64,000 bases of DNA from Azolla caroliniana (taxonomy: Eukaryota > Plantae > Polypodiophyta): positions 3,472,001 through 3,536,000 of the forward strand of contig JBHGNT010000014.1 of assembly GCA_043228905.1 (NCBI GenBank), read 5' to 3'. Both the position numbers and the translations under genes were made by a program. Shown one piece after another: positions 1 through 10,152 of this stretch. The notes under the pieces are model-generated. The model saw only the letters and a list, made by a program, of their open reading frames with translations. It searched no databases and was not told the origin of the DNA. Position 1 is the stretch's first letter; each line of letters starts with the position of its first letter.

Positions 1-13
1 AGGTTGGCATAGC

Positions 14-42
14 ATTAGTACCTCGGAACGCAGGGCACTGTC
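14..42 (+). promoter_or_regulatory. 5S upstream Pol III elements (TATA-like ATTAGTA at -29..-23, GC at -13/-12, C at -1); repeated in each unit
   Basis: With +1 at G43 the three motifs fall at the positions known for plant 5S upstream elements. Confidence 0.65.
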
Positions 43-161
43 GTGGTGCGGTCATACCAGCGCTAATACACCGGATCCCATCAGAACTCCGCAGTTAAGC
101 GCGCTTGGGCCAGAACAGTACTGGGATGGGTGACCTCCCGGGAAGTCCTGGTGCTGCACCC
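43..161 (+). rRNA. 5S rRNA (unit 1, consensus)
   Basis: 119 nt with plant 5S hallmarks TCATACCAGC, GGATCCCATCAGAACTCCGCAGTTAAGC and GGATGGGTGACCTCC. Helix I GGTGCGG/CTGCACC, helix V GCCAG/CTGGT and helix IV CTGGGA/TCCCGG pair. Followed by T5. Confidence 0.98.
93..139 (+). promoter_or_regulatory. 5S internal control region (Box A AGTTAAGCGCGC, intermediate element, Box C GGATGGGTGAC); in each gene
   Basis: Motifs at +51..+62 and +82..+92 match the type 1 Pol III promoter. Confidence 0.9.
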
Positions 162-166
162 TTTTT
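162..166 (+). terminator. Pol III oligo-T terminator (T5); possible backup T4 runs at 183-186 and 244-247; in each unit
   Basis: TTTTT directly follows the gene 3' end. Confidence 0.9.
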
Positions 167-191
167 GCTTCGAGTCGTGTTCTTTTCGTGC

Positions 192-228
192 ACAGTACAG
201 GGATGGGTGACCACCCGGGAAGTCCTGG
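192..228 (+). pseudogene. Partial 5S duplicate (+73..+109) in the spacer; in every unit except unit 29
   Basis: ACAGTACAGGGATGGGTGACCACCCGGGAAGTCCTGG matches 115-151 at 35/37. Confidence 0.95.
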
Positions 229-310
229 GCACGGGTTGCGTTCTTTTCCCGCCGGAGCCGTTCCCGTGCGCGTGGGCCTCTTGGCATTCGTAGAGGCGGA
301 CGAGAGCATA

Positions 311-321
311 GGATGGGTGAC
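311..321 (+). promoter_or_regulatory. Third Box C core GGATGGGTGAC in the spacer
   Basis: Exact 11-mer match to 124-134; function untested. Confidence 0.55.
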
Positions 322-370
322 GCGTAATGGGGGGCATTGTCATTCGGTGTGGGTTGAGAGTGTCATCCGT

Positions 371-441
371 ATCAACGAGAGGGCGTAAGAGGCTTTATGG
401 GGTGGGCATGAGTGGCGAGGTTCGAATCCGGGCAGGGGATA
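371..441 (+). pseudogene. Decayed tRNA-like element with A-box-like motif (381-392) and perfect B-box (419-429)
   Basis: GGTTCGAATCC matches the B-box consensus; GGGCGTAAGAGG fits A-box positions except U8; no complete cloverleaf. Confidence 0.45.
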
Positions 442-464
442 TATATATGTATATATATATATAC
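439..464 (+). repeat. (AT)n microsatellite, here (AT)5GT(AT)6AC; variable in each unit
   Basis: Directly visible; accounts for most unit-length variation. Confidence 0.97.
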
Positions 465-488
465 ATGTAGTCTTTCTCTAGGATCCAA

Positions 489-506
489 AGCCTTAGCCTT
501 AGCCTT
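489..506 (+). repeat. (AGCCTT)3 hexamer repeat; in each unit
   Basis: AGCCTTAGCCTTAGCCTT. Confidence 0.9.
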
Positions 507-632
507 CGCCGGCGCCCGTCGCGCGTGCGGTTGGGACGGTGACGTGGTGGGTCCCTCGATCTTAGTTGTCCTCGTAGAGCATTTTTGTGTAGGTTGGCAT
601 AGCATTAGTACCTCGGAACGCAGGGCACTGTC

Positions 633-751
633 GTGGTGCGGTCATACCAGCGCTAATACACCGGATCCCATCAGAACTCCGCAGTTAAGCGCGCTTGGGC
701 CAGAACAGTACTGGGATGGGTGACCTCCCGGGAAGTCCTGGTGCTGCACCC
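633..751 (+). rRNA. 5S rRNA (unit 2)
   Basis: Consensus copy. Confidence 0.97.
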
Positions 752-1216
752 TTTTTGCTTCGAGTCGTGTTCTTTTCGTGCACAGTACAGGGATGGGTGA
801 CCACCCGGGAAGTCCTGGGCACGGGTTGCGTTCTTTTCCCGCCGGAGCCGTTCCCGTGCGCGTGGGCCTCTTGGCATTCGTAGAGGCGGACGAGAGCATA
901 GGATGGGTGACGCGTAATGGGGGGCATTGTCATTCGGTGTGGGTTGAGAGTGTCATCCGTATCAACGAGAGGGCGTAAGAGGCTTTATGGGGTGGGCATG
1001 AGTGGCGAGGTTCGAATCCGGGCAGGGGATATATATATGTATATATATATATACATGTAGTCTTTCTCTAGGATCCAAAGCCTTAGCCTTAGCCTTCGCC
1101 GGCGCCCGTCGCGCGTGCGGTTGGGACGGTGACGTGGTGGGTCCCTCGATCTTAGTTGTCCTCGTAGAGCATTTTTGTGTAGGTAGCATTAGTACCTCGG
1201 AACGCAGGGCACTGTC

Positions 1217-1335
1217 GTGGTGCGGTCATACCAGCGCTAATACACCGGATCCCATCAGAACTCCGCAGTTAAGCGCGCTTGGGCCAGAACAGTACTGGGA
1301 TGGGTGACCTCCCGGGAAGTCCTGGTGCTGCACCC
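1217..1335 (+). rRNA. 5S rRNA (unit 3)
   Basis: Consensus copy; 6-bp deletion upstream near 1185. Confidence 0.96.
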
Positions 1336-1806
1336 TTTTTGCTTCGAGTCGTGTTCTTTTCGTGCACAGTACAGGGATGGGTGACCACCCGGGAAGTCCT
1401 GGGCACGGGTTGCGTTCTTTTCCCGCCGGAGCCGTTCCCGTGCGCGTGGGCCTCTTGGCATTCGTAGAGGCGGACGAGAGCATAGGATGGGTGACGCGTA
1501 ATGGGGGGCATTGTCATTCGGTGTGGGTTGAGAGTGTCATCCGTATCAACGAGAGGGCGTAAGAGGCTTTATGGGGTGGGCATGAGTGGCGAGGTTCGAA
1601 TCCGGGCAGGGGATATATATATGTATATATATATATACATGTAGTCTTTCTCTAGGATCCAAAGCCTTAGCCTTAGCCTTCGCCGGCGCCCGTCGCGCGT
1701 GCGGTTGGGACGGTGACGTGGTGGGTCCCTCGATCTTAGTTGTCCTCGTAGAGCATTTTTGTGTAGGTTGGCATAGCATTAGTACCTCGGAACGCAGGGC
1801 ACTGTC

Positions 1807-1925
1807 GTGGTGCGGTCATACCAGCGCTAATACACCGGATCCCATCAGAACTCCGCAGTTAAGCGCGCTTGGGCCAGAACAGTACTGGGATGGGTGACCT
1901 CCCGGGAAGTCCTGGTGCTGCACCC
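1807..1925 (+). rRNA. 5S rRNA (unit 4)
   Basis: Consensus copy. Confidence 0.97.
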
Positions 1926-2391
1926 TTTTTGCTTCGAGTCGTGTTCTTTTCGTGCACAGTACAGGGATGGGTGACCACCCGGGAAGTCCTGGGCACGGGT
2001 TGCGTTCTTTTCCCGCCGGAGCCGTTCCCGTGCGCGTGGGCCTCTTGGCATTCGTAGAGGCGGACGAGAGCATAGGATGGGTGACGCGTAATGGGGGGCA
2101 TTGTCATTCGGTGTGGGTTGAGAGTGTCATCCGTATCAACGAGAGGGCGTAAGAGGCTTTATGGGGTGGGCATGAGTGGCGAGGTTCGAATCCGGGCAGG
2201 GGATATATATATGTATATAATACATGTAGTCTTTCTCTAGGATCCAAAGCCTTAGCCTTAGCCTTCGCCGGCGCCCGTCGCGCGTGCGGTTGGGACGGTG
2301 ACGTGGTGGGTCCCTCGATCTTAGTTGTCCTCGTAGAGCATTTTTGTGTAGGTTGGCATAGCATTAGTACCTCGGAACGCAGGGCACTGTC

Positions 2392-2510
2392 GTGGTGCGG
2401 TCATACCAGCGCTAATACACCGGATCCCATCAGAACTCCGCAGTTAAGCGCGCTTGGGCCAGAACAGTACTGGGATGGGTGACCTCCCGGGAAGTCCTGG
2501 TGCTGCACCC
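2392..2510 (+). rRNA. 5S rRNA (unit 5)
   Basis: Consensus copy. Confidence 0.97.
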
Positions 2511-2975
2511 TTTTTGCTTCGAGTCGTGTTCTTTTCGTGCACAGTACAGGGATGGGTGACCACCCGGGAAGTCCTGGGCACGGGTTGCGTTCTTTTCCCG
2601 CCGGAGCCGTTCCCGTGCGCGTGGGCCTCTTGGCATTCGTAGAGGCGGACGAGAGCATAGGATGGGTGACGCGTAATGGGGGGCATTGTCATTCGGTGTG
2701 GGTTGAGAGTGTCATCCGTATCAACGAGAGGGCGTAAGAGGCTTTATGGGGTGGGCATGAGTGGCGAGGTTCGAATCCGGGCAGGGGATATATATATGTA
2801 TATATACATGTAGTCTTTCTCTAGGATCCAAAGCCTTAGCCTTAGCCTTCGCCGGCGCCCGTCGCGCGTGCGGTTGGGACGGTGACGTGGTGGGTCCCTC
2901 GATCTTAGTTGTCCTCGTAGAGCATTTTTGTGTAGGTTGGCATAGCATTAGTACCTCGGAACGCAGGGCACTGTC

Positions 2976-3094
2976 GTGGTGCGGTCATACCAGCGCTAAT
3001 ACACCGGATCCCATCAGAACTCCGCAGTTAAGCGCGCTTGGGCCAGAACAGTACTGGGATGGGTGACCTCCCGGGAAGTCCTGGTGCTGCACCC
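2976..3094 (+). rRNA. 5S rRNA (unit 6)
   Basis: Consensus copy. Confidence 0.97.
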
Positions 3095-3565
3095 TTTTTG
3101 CTTCGAGTCGTGTTCTTTTCGTGCACAGTACAGGGATGGGTGACCACCCGGGAAGTCCTGGGCACGGGTTGCGTTCTTTTCCCGCCGGAGCCGTTCCCGT
3201 GCGCGTGGGCCTCTTGGCATTCGTAGAGGCGGACGAGAGCATAGGATGGGTGACGCGTAATGGGGGGCATTGTCATTCGGTGTGGGTTGAGAGTGTCATC
3301 CGTATCAACGAGAGGGCGTAAGAGGCTTTATGGGGTGGGCATGAGTGGCGAGGTTCGAATCCGGGCAGGGGATATATATATGTATATATATATATACATG
3401 TAGTCTTTCTCTAGGATCCAAAGCCTTAGCCTTAGCCTTCGCCGGCGCCCGTCGCGCGTGCGGTTGGGACGGTGACGTGGTGGGTCCCTCGATCTTAGTT
3501 GTCCTCGTAGAGCATTTTTGTGTAGGTTGGCATAGCATTAGTACCTCGGAACGCAGGGCACTGTC

Positions 3566-3684
3566 GTGGTGCGGTCATACCAGCGCTAATACACCGGATC
3601 CCATCAGAACTCCGCAGTTAAGCGCGCTTGGGCCAGAACAGTACTGGGATGGGTGACCTCCCGGGAAGTCCTGGTGCTGCACCC
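3566..3684 (+). rRNA. 5S rRNA (unit 7)
   Basis: Consensus copy. Confidence 0.97.
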
Positions 3685-4157
3685 TTTTTGCTTCGAGTCG
3701 TGTTCTTTTCGTGCACAGTACAGGGATGGGTGACCACCCGGGAAGTCCTGGGCACGGGTTGCGTTCTTTTCCCGCCGGAGCCGTTCCCGTGCGCGTGGGC
3801 CTCTTGGCATTCGTAGAGGCGGACGAGAGCATAGGATGGGTGACGCGTAATGGGGGGCATTGTCATTCGGTGTGGGTTGAGAGTGTCATCCGTATCAACG
3901 AGAGGGCGTAAGAGGCTTTATGGGGTGGGCATGAGTGGCGAGGTTCGAATCCGGGCAGGGGATATATATATGTATATATATATATACATGTAGTCTTTCT
4001 CTAGGATCCAAAGCCTTAGCCTTAGCCTTCGCCGGCGCCCGTCGCGCGTGCGGTTGGGACGGTGACGTGGTGGGTCCCTCGATCTTAGTTGTCCTCGTAG
4101 AGCATTTTTGTGTAGGTTGGCATAGAGCATTAGTACCTCGGAACGCAGGGCACTGTC

Positions 4158-4276
4158 GTGGTGCGGTCATACCAGCGCTAATACACCGGATCCCATCAGA
4201 ACTCCGCAGTTAAGCGCGCTTGGGCCAGAACAGTACTGGGATGGGTGACCTCCCGGGAAGTCCTGGTGCTGCACCC
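4158..4276 (+). rRNA. 5S rRNA (unit 8)
   Basis: Consensus copy; 2-bp insertion upstream near 4125. Confidence 0.96.
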
Positions 4277-4747
4277 TTTTTGCTTCGAGTCGTGTTCTTT
4301 TCGTGCACAGTACAGGGATGGGTGACCACCCGGGAAGTCCTGGGCACGGGTTGCGTTCTTTTCCCGCCGGAGCCGTTCCCGTGCGCGTGGGCCTCTTGGC
4401 ATTCGTAGAGGCGGACGAGAGCATAGGATGGGTGACGCGTAATGGGGGGCATTGTCATTCGGTGTGGGTTGAGAGTGTCATCCGTATCAACGAGAGGGCG
4501 TAAGAGGCTTTATGGGGTGGGCATGAGTGGCGAGGTTCGAATCCGGGCAGGGGATATATATATGTATATATATATATACATGTAGTCTTTCTCTAGGATC
4601 CAAAGCCTTAGCCTTAGCCTTCGCCGGCGCCCGTCGCGCGTGCGGTTGGGACGGTGACGTGGTGGGTCCCTCGATCTTAGTTGTCCTCGTAGAGCATTTT
4701 TGTGTAGGTTGGCATAGCATTAGTACCTCGGAACGCAGGGCACTGTC

Positions 4748-4854
4748 GTGGTGCGGTCATACCAGCGCTAATACACCGGATCCCATGTTAAGCGCGCTTG
4801 GGCCAGAACAGTACTGGGATGGGTGACCTCCCGGGAAGTCCTGGTGCTGCACCC
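4748..4854 (+). pseudogene. 5S pseudogene (unit 9), 12-bp internal deletion
   Basis: TCCCAT|GTTAAG at 4786/4787; CAGAACTCCGCA (+40..+51) is missing. Confidence 0.92.
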
Positions 4855-5325
4855 TTTTTGCTTCGAGTCGTGTTCTTTTCGTGCACAGTACAGGGATGGG
4901 TGACCACCCGGGAAGTCCTGGGCACGGGTTGCGTTCTTTTCCCGCCGGAGCCGTTCCCGTGCGCGTGGGCCTCTTGGCATTCGTAGAGGCGGACGAGAGC
5001 ATAGGATGGGTGACGCGTAATGGGGGGCATTGTCATTCGGTGTGGGTTGAGAGTGTCATCCGTATCAACGAGAGGGCGTAAGAGGCTTTATGGGGTGGGC
5101 ATGAGTGGCGAGGTTCGAATCCGGGCAGGGGATATATATATGTATATATATATATACATGTAGTCTTTCTCTAGGATCCAAAGCCTTAGCCTTAGCCTTC
5201 GCCGGCGCCCGTCGCGCGTGCGGTTGGGACGGTGACGTGGTGGGTCCCTCGATCTTAGTTGTCCTCGTAGAGCATTTTTGTGTAGGTTGGCATAGCATTA
5301 GTACCTCGGAACGCAGGGCACTGTC

Positions 5326-5444
5326 GTGGTGCGGTCATACCAGCGCTAATACACCGGATCCCATCAGAACTCCGCAGTTAAGCGCGCTTGGGCCAGAACA
5401 GTACTGGGATGGGTGACCTCCCGGGAAGTCCTGGTGCTGCACCC
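5326..5444 (+). rRNA. 5S rRNA (unit 10)
   Basis: Consensus copy. Confidence 0.97.
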
Positions 5445-5915
5445 TTTTTGCTTCGAGTCGTGTTCTTTTCGTGCACAGTACAGGGATGGGTGACCACCCG
5501 GGAAGTCCTGGGCACGGGTTGCGTTCTTTTCCCGCCGGAGCCGTTCCCGTGCGCGTGGGCCTCTTGGCATTCGTAGAGGCGGACGAGAGCATAGGATGGG
5601 TGACGCGTAATGGGGGGCATTGTCATTCGGTGTGGGTTGAGAGTGTCATCCGTATCAACGAGAGGGCGTAAGAGGCTTTATGGGGTGGGCATGAGTGGCG
5701 AGGTTCGAATCCGGGCAGGGGATATATATATGTATATATATATATACATGTAGTCTTTCTCTAGGATCCAAAGCCTTAGCCTTAGCCTTCGCCGGCGCCC
5801 GTCGCGCGTGCGGTTGGGACGGTGACGTGGTGGGTCCCTCGATCTTAGTTGTCCTCGTAGAGCATTTTTGTGTAGGTTGGCATAGCATTAGTACCTCGGA
5901 ACGCAGGGCACTGTC

Positions 5916-6034
5916 GTGGTGCGGTCATACCAGCGCTAATACACCGGATCCCATCAGAACTCCGCAGTTAAGCGCGCTTGGGCCAGAACAGTACTGGGAT
6001 GGGTGACCTCCCGGGAAGTCCTGGTGCTGCACCC
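5916..6034 (+). rRNA. 5S rRNA (unit 11)
   Basis: Consensus copy. Confidence 0.97.
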
Positions 6035-6505
6035 TTTTTGCTTCGAGTCGTGTTCTTTTCGTGCACAGTACAGGGATGGGTGACCACCCGGGAAGTCCTG
6101 GGCACGGGTTGCGTTCTTTTCCCGCCGGAGCCGTTCCCGTGCGCGTGGGCCTCTTGGCATTCGTAGAGGCGGACGAGAGCATAGGATGGGTGACGCGTAA
6201 TGGGGGGCATTGTCATTCGGTGTGGGTTGAGAGTGTCATCCGTATCAACGAGAGGGCGTAAGAGGCTTTATGGGGTGGGCATGAGTGGCGAGGTTCGAAT
6301 CCGGGCAGGGGATATATATATGTATATATATATATACATGTAGTCTTTCTCTAGGATCCAAAGCCTTAGCCTTAGCCTTCGCCGGCGCCCGTCGCGCGTG
6401 CGGTTGGGACGGTGACGTGGTGGGTCCCTCGATCTTAGTTGTCCTCGTAGAGCATTTTTGTGTAGGTTGGCATAGCATTAGTACCTCGGAACGCAGGGCA
6501 CTGTC

Positions 6506-6624
6506 GTGGTGCGGTCATACCAGCGCTAATACACCGGATCCCATCAGAACTCCGCAGTTAAGCGCGCTTGGGCCAGAACAGTACTGGGATGGGTGACCTC
6601 CCGGGAAGTCCTGGTGCTGCACCC
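6506..6624 (+). rRNA. 5S rRNA (unit 12)
   Basis: Consensus copy. Confidence 0.97.
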
Positions 6625-7091
6625 TTTTTGCTTCGAGTCGTGTTCTTTTCGTGCACAGTACAGGGATGGGTGACCACCCGGGAAGTCCTGGGCACGGGTT
6701 GCGTTCTTTTCCCGCCGGAGCCGTTCCCGTGCGCGTGGGCCTCTTGGCATTCGTAGAGGCGGACGCATAGGATGGGTGACGCGTAATGGGGGGCATTGTC
6801 ATTCGGTGTGGGTTGAGAGTGTCATCCGTATCAACGAGAGGGCGTAAGAGGCTTTATGGGGTGGGCATGAGTGGCGAGGTTCGAATCCGGGCAGGGGATA
6901 TATATATGTATATATATATATACATGTAGTCTTTCTCTAGGATCCAAAGCCTTAGCCTTAGCCTTCGCCGGCGCCCGTCGCGCGTGCGGTTGGGACGGTG
7001 ACGTGGTGGGTCCCTCGATCTTAGTTGTCCTCGTAGAGCATTTTTGTGTAGGTTGGCATAGCATTAGTACCTCGGAACGCAGGGCACTGTC

Positions 7092-7210
7092 GTGGTGCGG
7101 TCATACCAGCGCTAATACACCGGATCCCATCAGAACTCCGCAGTTAAGCGCGCTTGGGCCAGAACAGTACTGGGATGGGTGACCTCCCGGGAAGTCCTGG
7201 TGCTGCACCC
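7092..7210 (+). rRNA. 5S rRNA (unit 13)
   Basis: Consensus copy. Confidence 0.97.
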
Positions 7211-7681
7211 TTTTTGCTTCGAGTCGTGTTCTTTTCGTGCACAGTACAGGGATGGGTGACCACCCGGGAAGTCCTGGGCACGGGTTGCGTTCTTTTCCCG
7301 CCGGAGCCGTTCCCGTGCGCGTGGGCCTCTTGGCATTCGTAGAGGCGGACGAGAGCATAGGATGGGTGACGCGTAATGGGGGGCATTGTCATTCGGTGTG
7401 GGTTGAGAGTGTCATCCGTATCAACGAGAGGGCGTAAGAGGCTTTATGGGGTGGGCATGAGTGGCGAGGTTCGAATCCGGGCAGGGGATATATATATGTA
7501 TATATATATATACATGTAGTCTTTCTCTAGGATCCAAAGCCTTAGCCTTAGCCTTCGCCGGCGCCCGTCGCGCGTGCGGTTGGGACGGTGACGTGGTGGG
7601 TCCCTCGATCTTAGTTGTCCTCGTAGAGCATTTTTGTGTAGGTTGGCATAGCATTAGTACCTCGGAACGCAGGGCACTGTC

Positions 7682-7800
7682 GTGGTGCGGTCATACCAGC
7701 GCTAATACACCGGATCCCATCAGAACTCCGCAGTTAAGCGCGCTTGGGCCAGAACAGTACTGGGATGGGTGACCTCCCGGGAAGTCCTGGTGCTGCACCC
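7682..7800 (+). rRNA. 5S rRNA (unit 14)
   Basis: Consensus copy. Confidence 0.97.
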
Positions 7801-8267
7801 TTTTTGCTTCGAGTCGTGTTCTTTTCGTGCACAGTACAGGGATGGGTGACCACCCGGGAAGTCCTGGGCACGGGTTGCGTTCTTTTCCCGCCGGAGCCGT
7901 TCCCGTGCGCGTGGGCCTCTTGGCATTCGTAGAGGCGGACGAGAGCATAGGATGGGTGACGCGTAATGGGGGGCATTGTCATTCGGTGTGGGTTGAGAGT
8001 GTCATCCGTATCAACGAGAGGGCGTAAGAGGCTTTATGGGGTGGGCATGAGTGGCGAGGTTCGAATCCGGGCAGGGGATATATATATGTATATATATACA
8101 TGTAGTCTTTCTCTAGGATCCAAAGCCTTAGCCTTAGCCTTCGCCGGCGCCCGTCGCGCGTGCGGTTGGGACGGTGACGTGGTGGGTCCCTCGATCTTAG
8201 TTGTCCTCGTAGAGCATTTTTGTGTAGGTTGGCATAGCATTAGTACCTCGGAACGCAGGGCACTGTC

Positions 8268-8386
8268 GTGGTGCGGTCATACCAGCGCTAATACACCGGA
8301 TCCCATCAGAACTCCGCAGTTAAGCGCGCTTGGGCCAGAACAGTACTGGGATGGGTGACCTCCCGGGAAGTCCTGGTGCTGCACCC
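8268..8386 (+). rRNA. 5S rRNA (unit 15)
   Basis: Consensus copy. Confidence 0.97.
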
Positions 8387-8855
8387 TTTTTGCTTCGAGT
8401 CGTGTTCTTTTCGTGCACAGTACAGGGATGGGTGACCACCCGGGAAGTCCTGGGCACGGGTTGCGTTCTTTTCCCGCCGGAGCCGTTCCCGTGCGCGTGG
8501 GCCTCTTGGCATTCGTAGAGGCGGACGAGAGCATAGGATGGGTGACGCGTAATGGGGGGCATTGTCATTCGGTGTGGGTTGAGAGTGTCATCCGTATCAA
8601 CGAGAGGGCGTAAGAGGCTTTATGGGGTGGGCATGAGTGGCGAGGTTCGAATCCGGGCAGGGGATATATATATGTATATATATATACATGTAGTCTTTCT
8701 CTAGGATCCAAAGCCTTAGCCTTAGCCTTCGCCGGCGCCCGTCGCGCGTGCGGTTGGGACGGTGACGTGGTGGGTCCCTCGATCTTAGTTGTCCTCGTAG
8801 AGCATTTTTGTGTAGGTTGGCATAGCATTAGTACCTCGGAACGCAGGGCACTGTC

Positions 8856-8974
8856 GTGGTGCGGTCATACCAGCGCTAATACACCGGATCCCATCAGAAC
8901 TCCGCAGTTAAGCGCGCTTGGGCCAGAACAGTACTGGGATGGGTGACCTCCCGGGAAGTCCTGGTGCTGCACCC
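8856..8974 (+). rRNA. 5S rRNA (unit 16)
   Basis: Consensus copy. Confidence 0.97.
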
Positions 8975-9443
8975 TTTTTGCTTCGAGTCGTGTTCTTTTC
9001 GTGCACAGTACAGGGATGGGTGACCACCCGGGAAGTCCTGGGCACGGGTTGCGTTCTTTTCCCGCCGGAGCCGTTCCCGTGCGCGTGGGCCTCTTGGCAT
9101 TCGTAGAGGCGGACGAGAGCATAGGATGGGTGACGCGTAATGGGGGGCATTGTCATTCGGTGTGGGTTGAGAGTGTCATCCGTATCAACGAGAGGGCGTA
9201 AGAGGCTTTATGGGGTGGGCATGAGTGGCGAGGTTCGAATCCGGGCAGGGGATATATATATGTATATATATATACATGTAGTCTTTCTCTAGGATCCAAA
9301 GCCTTAGCCTTAGCCTTCGCCGGCGCCCGTCGCGCGTGCGGTTGGGACGGTGACGTGGTGGGTCCCTCGATCTTAGTTGTCCTCGTAGAGCATTTTTGTG
9401 TAGGTTGGCATAGCATTAGTACCTCGGAACGCAGGGCACTGTC

Positions 9444-9562
9444 GTGGTGCGGTCATACCAGCGCTAATACACCGGATCCCATCAGAACTCCGCAGTTAAG
9501 CGCGCTTGGGCCAGAACAGTACTGGGATGGGTGACCTCCCGGGAAGTCCTGGTGCTGCACCC
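9444..9562 (+). rRNA. 5S rRNA (unit 17)
   Basis: Consensus copy. Confidence 0.97.
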
Positions 9563-10033
9563 TTTTTGCTTCGAGTCGTGTTCTTTTCGTGCACAGTACA
9601 GGGATGGGTGACCACCCGGGAAGTCCTGGGCACGGGTTGCGTTCTTTTCCCGCCGGAGCCGTTCCCGTGCGCGTGGGCCTCTTGGCATTCGTAGAGGCGG
9701 ACGAGAGCATAGGATGGGTGACGCGTAATGGGGGGCATTGTCATTCGGTGTGGGTTGAGAGTGTCATCCGTATCAACGAGAGGGCGTAAGAGGCTTTATG
9801 GGGTGGGCATGAGTGGCGAGGTTCGAATCCGGGCAGGGGATATATATATGTATATATATATATACATGTAGTCTTTCTCTAGGATCCAAAGCCTTAGCCT
9901 TAGCCTTCGCCGGCGCCCGTCGCGCGTGCGGTTGGGACGGTGACGTGGTGGGTCCCTCGATCTTAGTTGTCCTCGTAGAGCATTTTTGTGTAGGTTGGCA
10001 TAGCATTAGTACCTCGGAACGCAGGGCACTGTC

Positions 10034-10152
10034 GTGGTGCGGTCATACCAGCGCTAATACACCGGATCCCATCAGAACTCCGCAGTTAAGCGCGCTTGGG
10101 CCAGAACAGTACTGGGATGGGTGACCTCCCGGGAAGTCCTGGTGCTGCACCC
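10034..10152 (+). rRNA. 5S rRNA (unit 18)
   Basis: Consensus copy. Confidence 0.97.

Noticed and set aside
260-380. Cassandra TRIM remnant (Box C, then TGTCA, then GTATCA resembling a tRNA-Met primer-binding site)
   Set aside because: No paired LTRs, no intact TGGTATCAGAGC, no polypurine tract and no target-site duplication; the match is too weak.
381-438. G-quadruplex from spacer G-runs
   Set aside because: Loops of about 15 and 23 nt are too long for a canonical G4; no supporting evidence.
371-441. Functional tRNA gene
   Set aside because: Acceptor and anticodon stems do not form and the T-stem has two mismatches; kept only as a decayed element.
489-506. Telomere-like repeat
   Set aside because: (AGCCTT)3 is not TTTAGGG, TTAGGG or TTAGGC on either strand, and there are only three copies.
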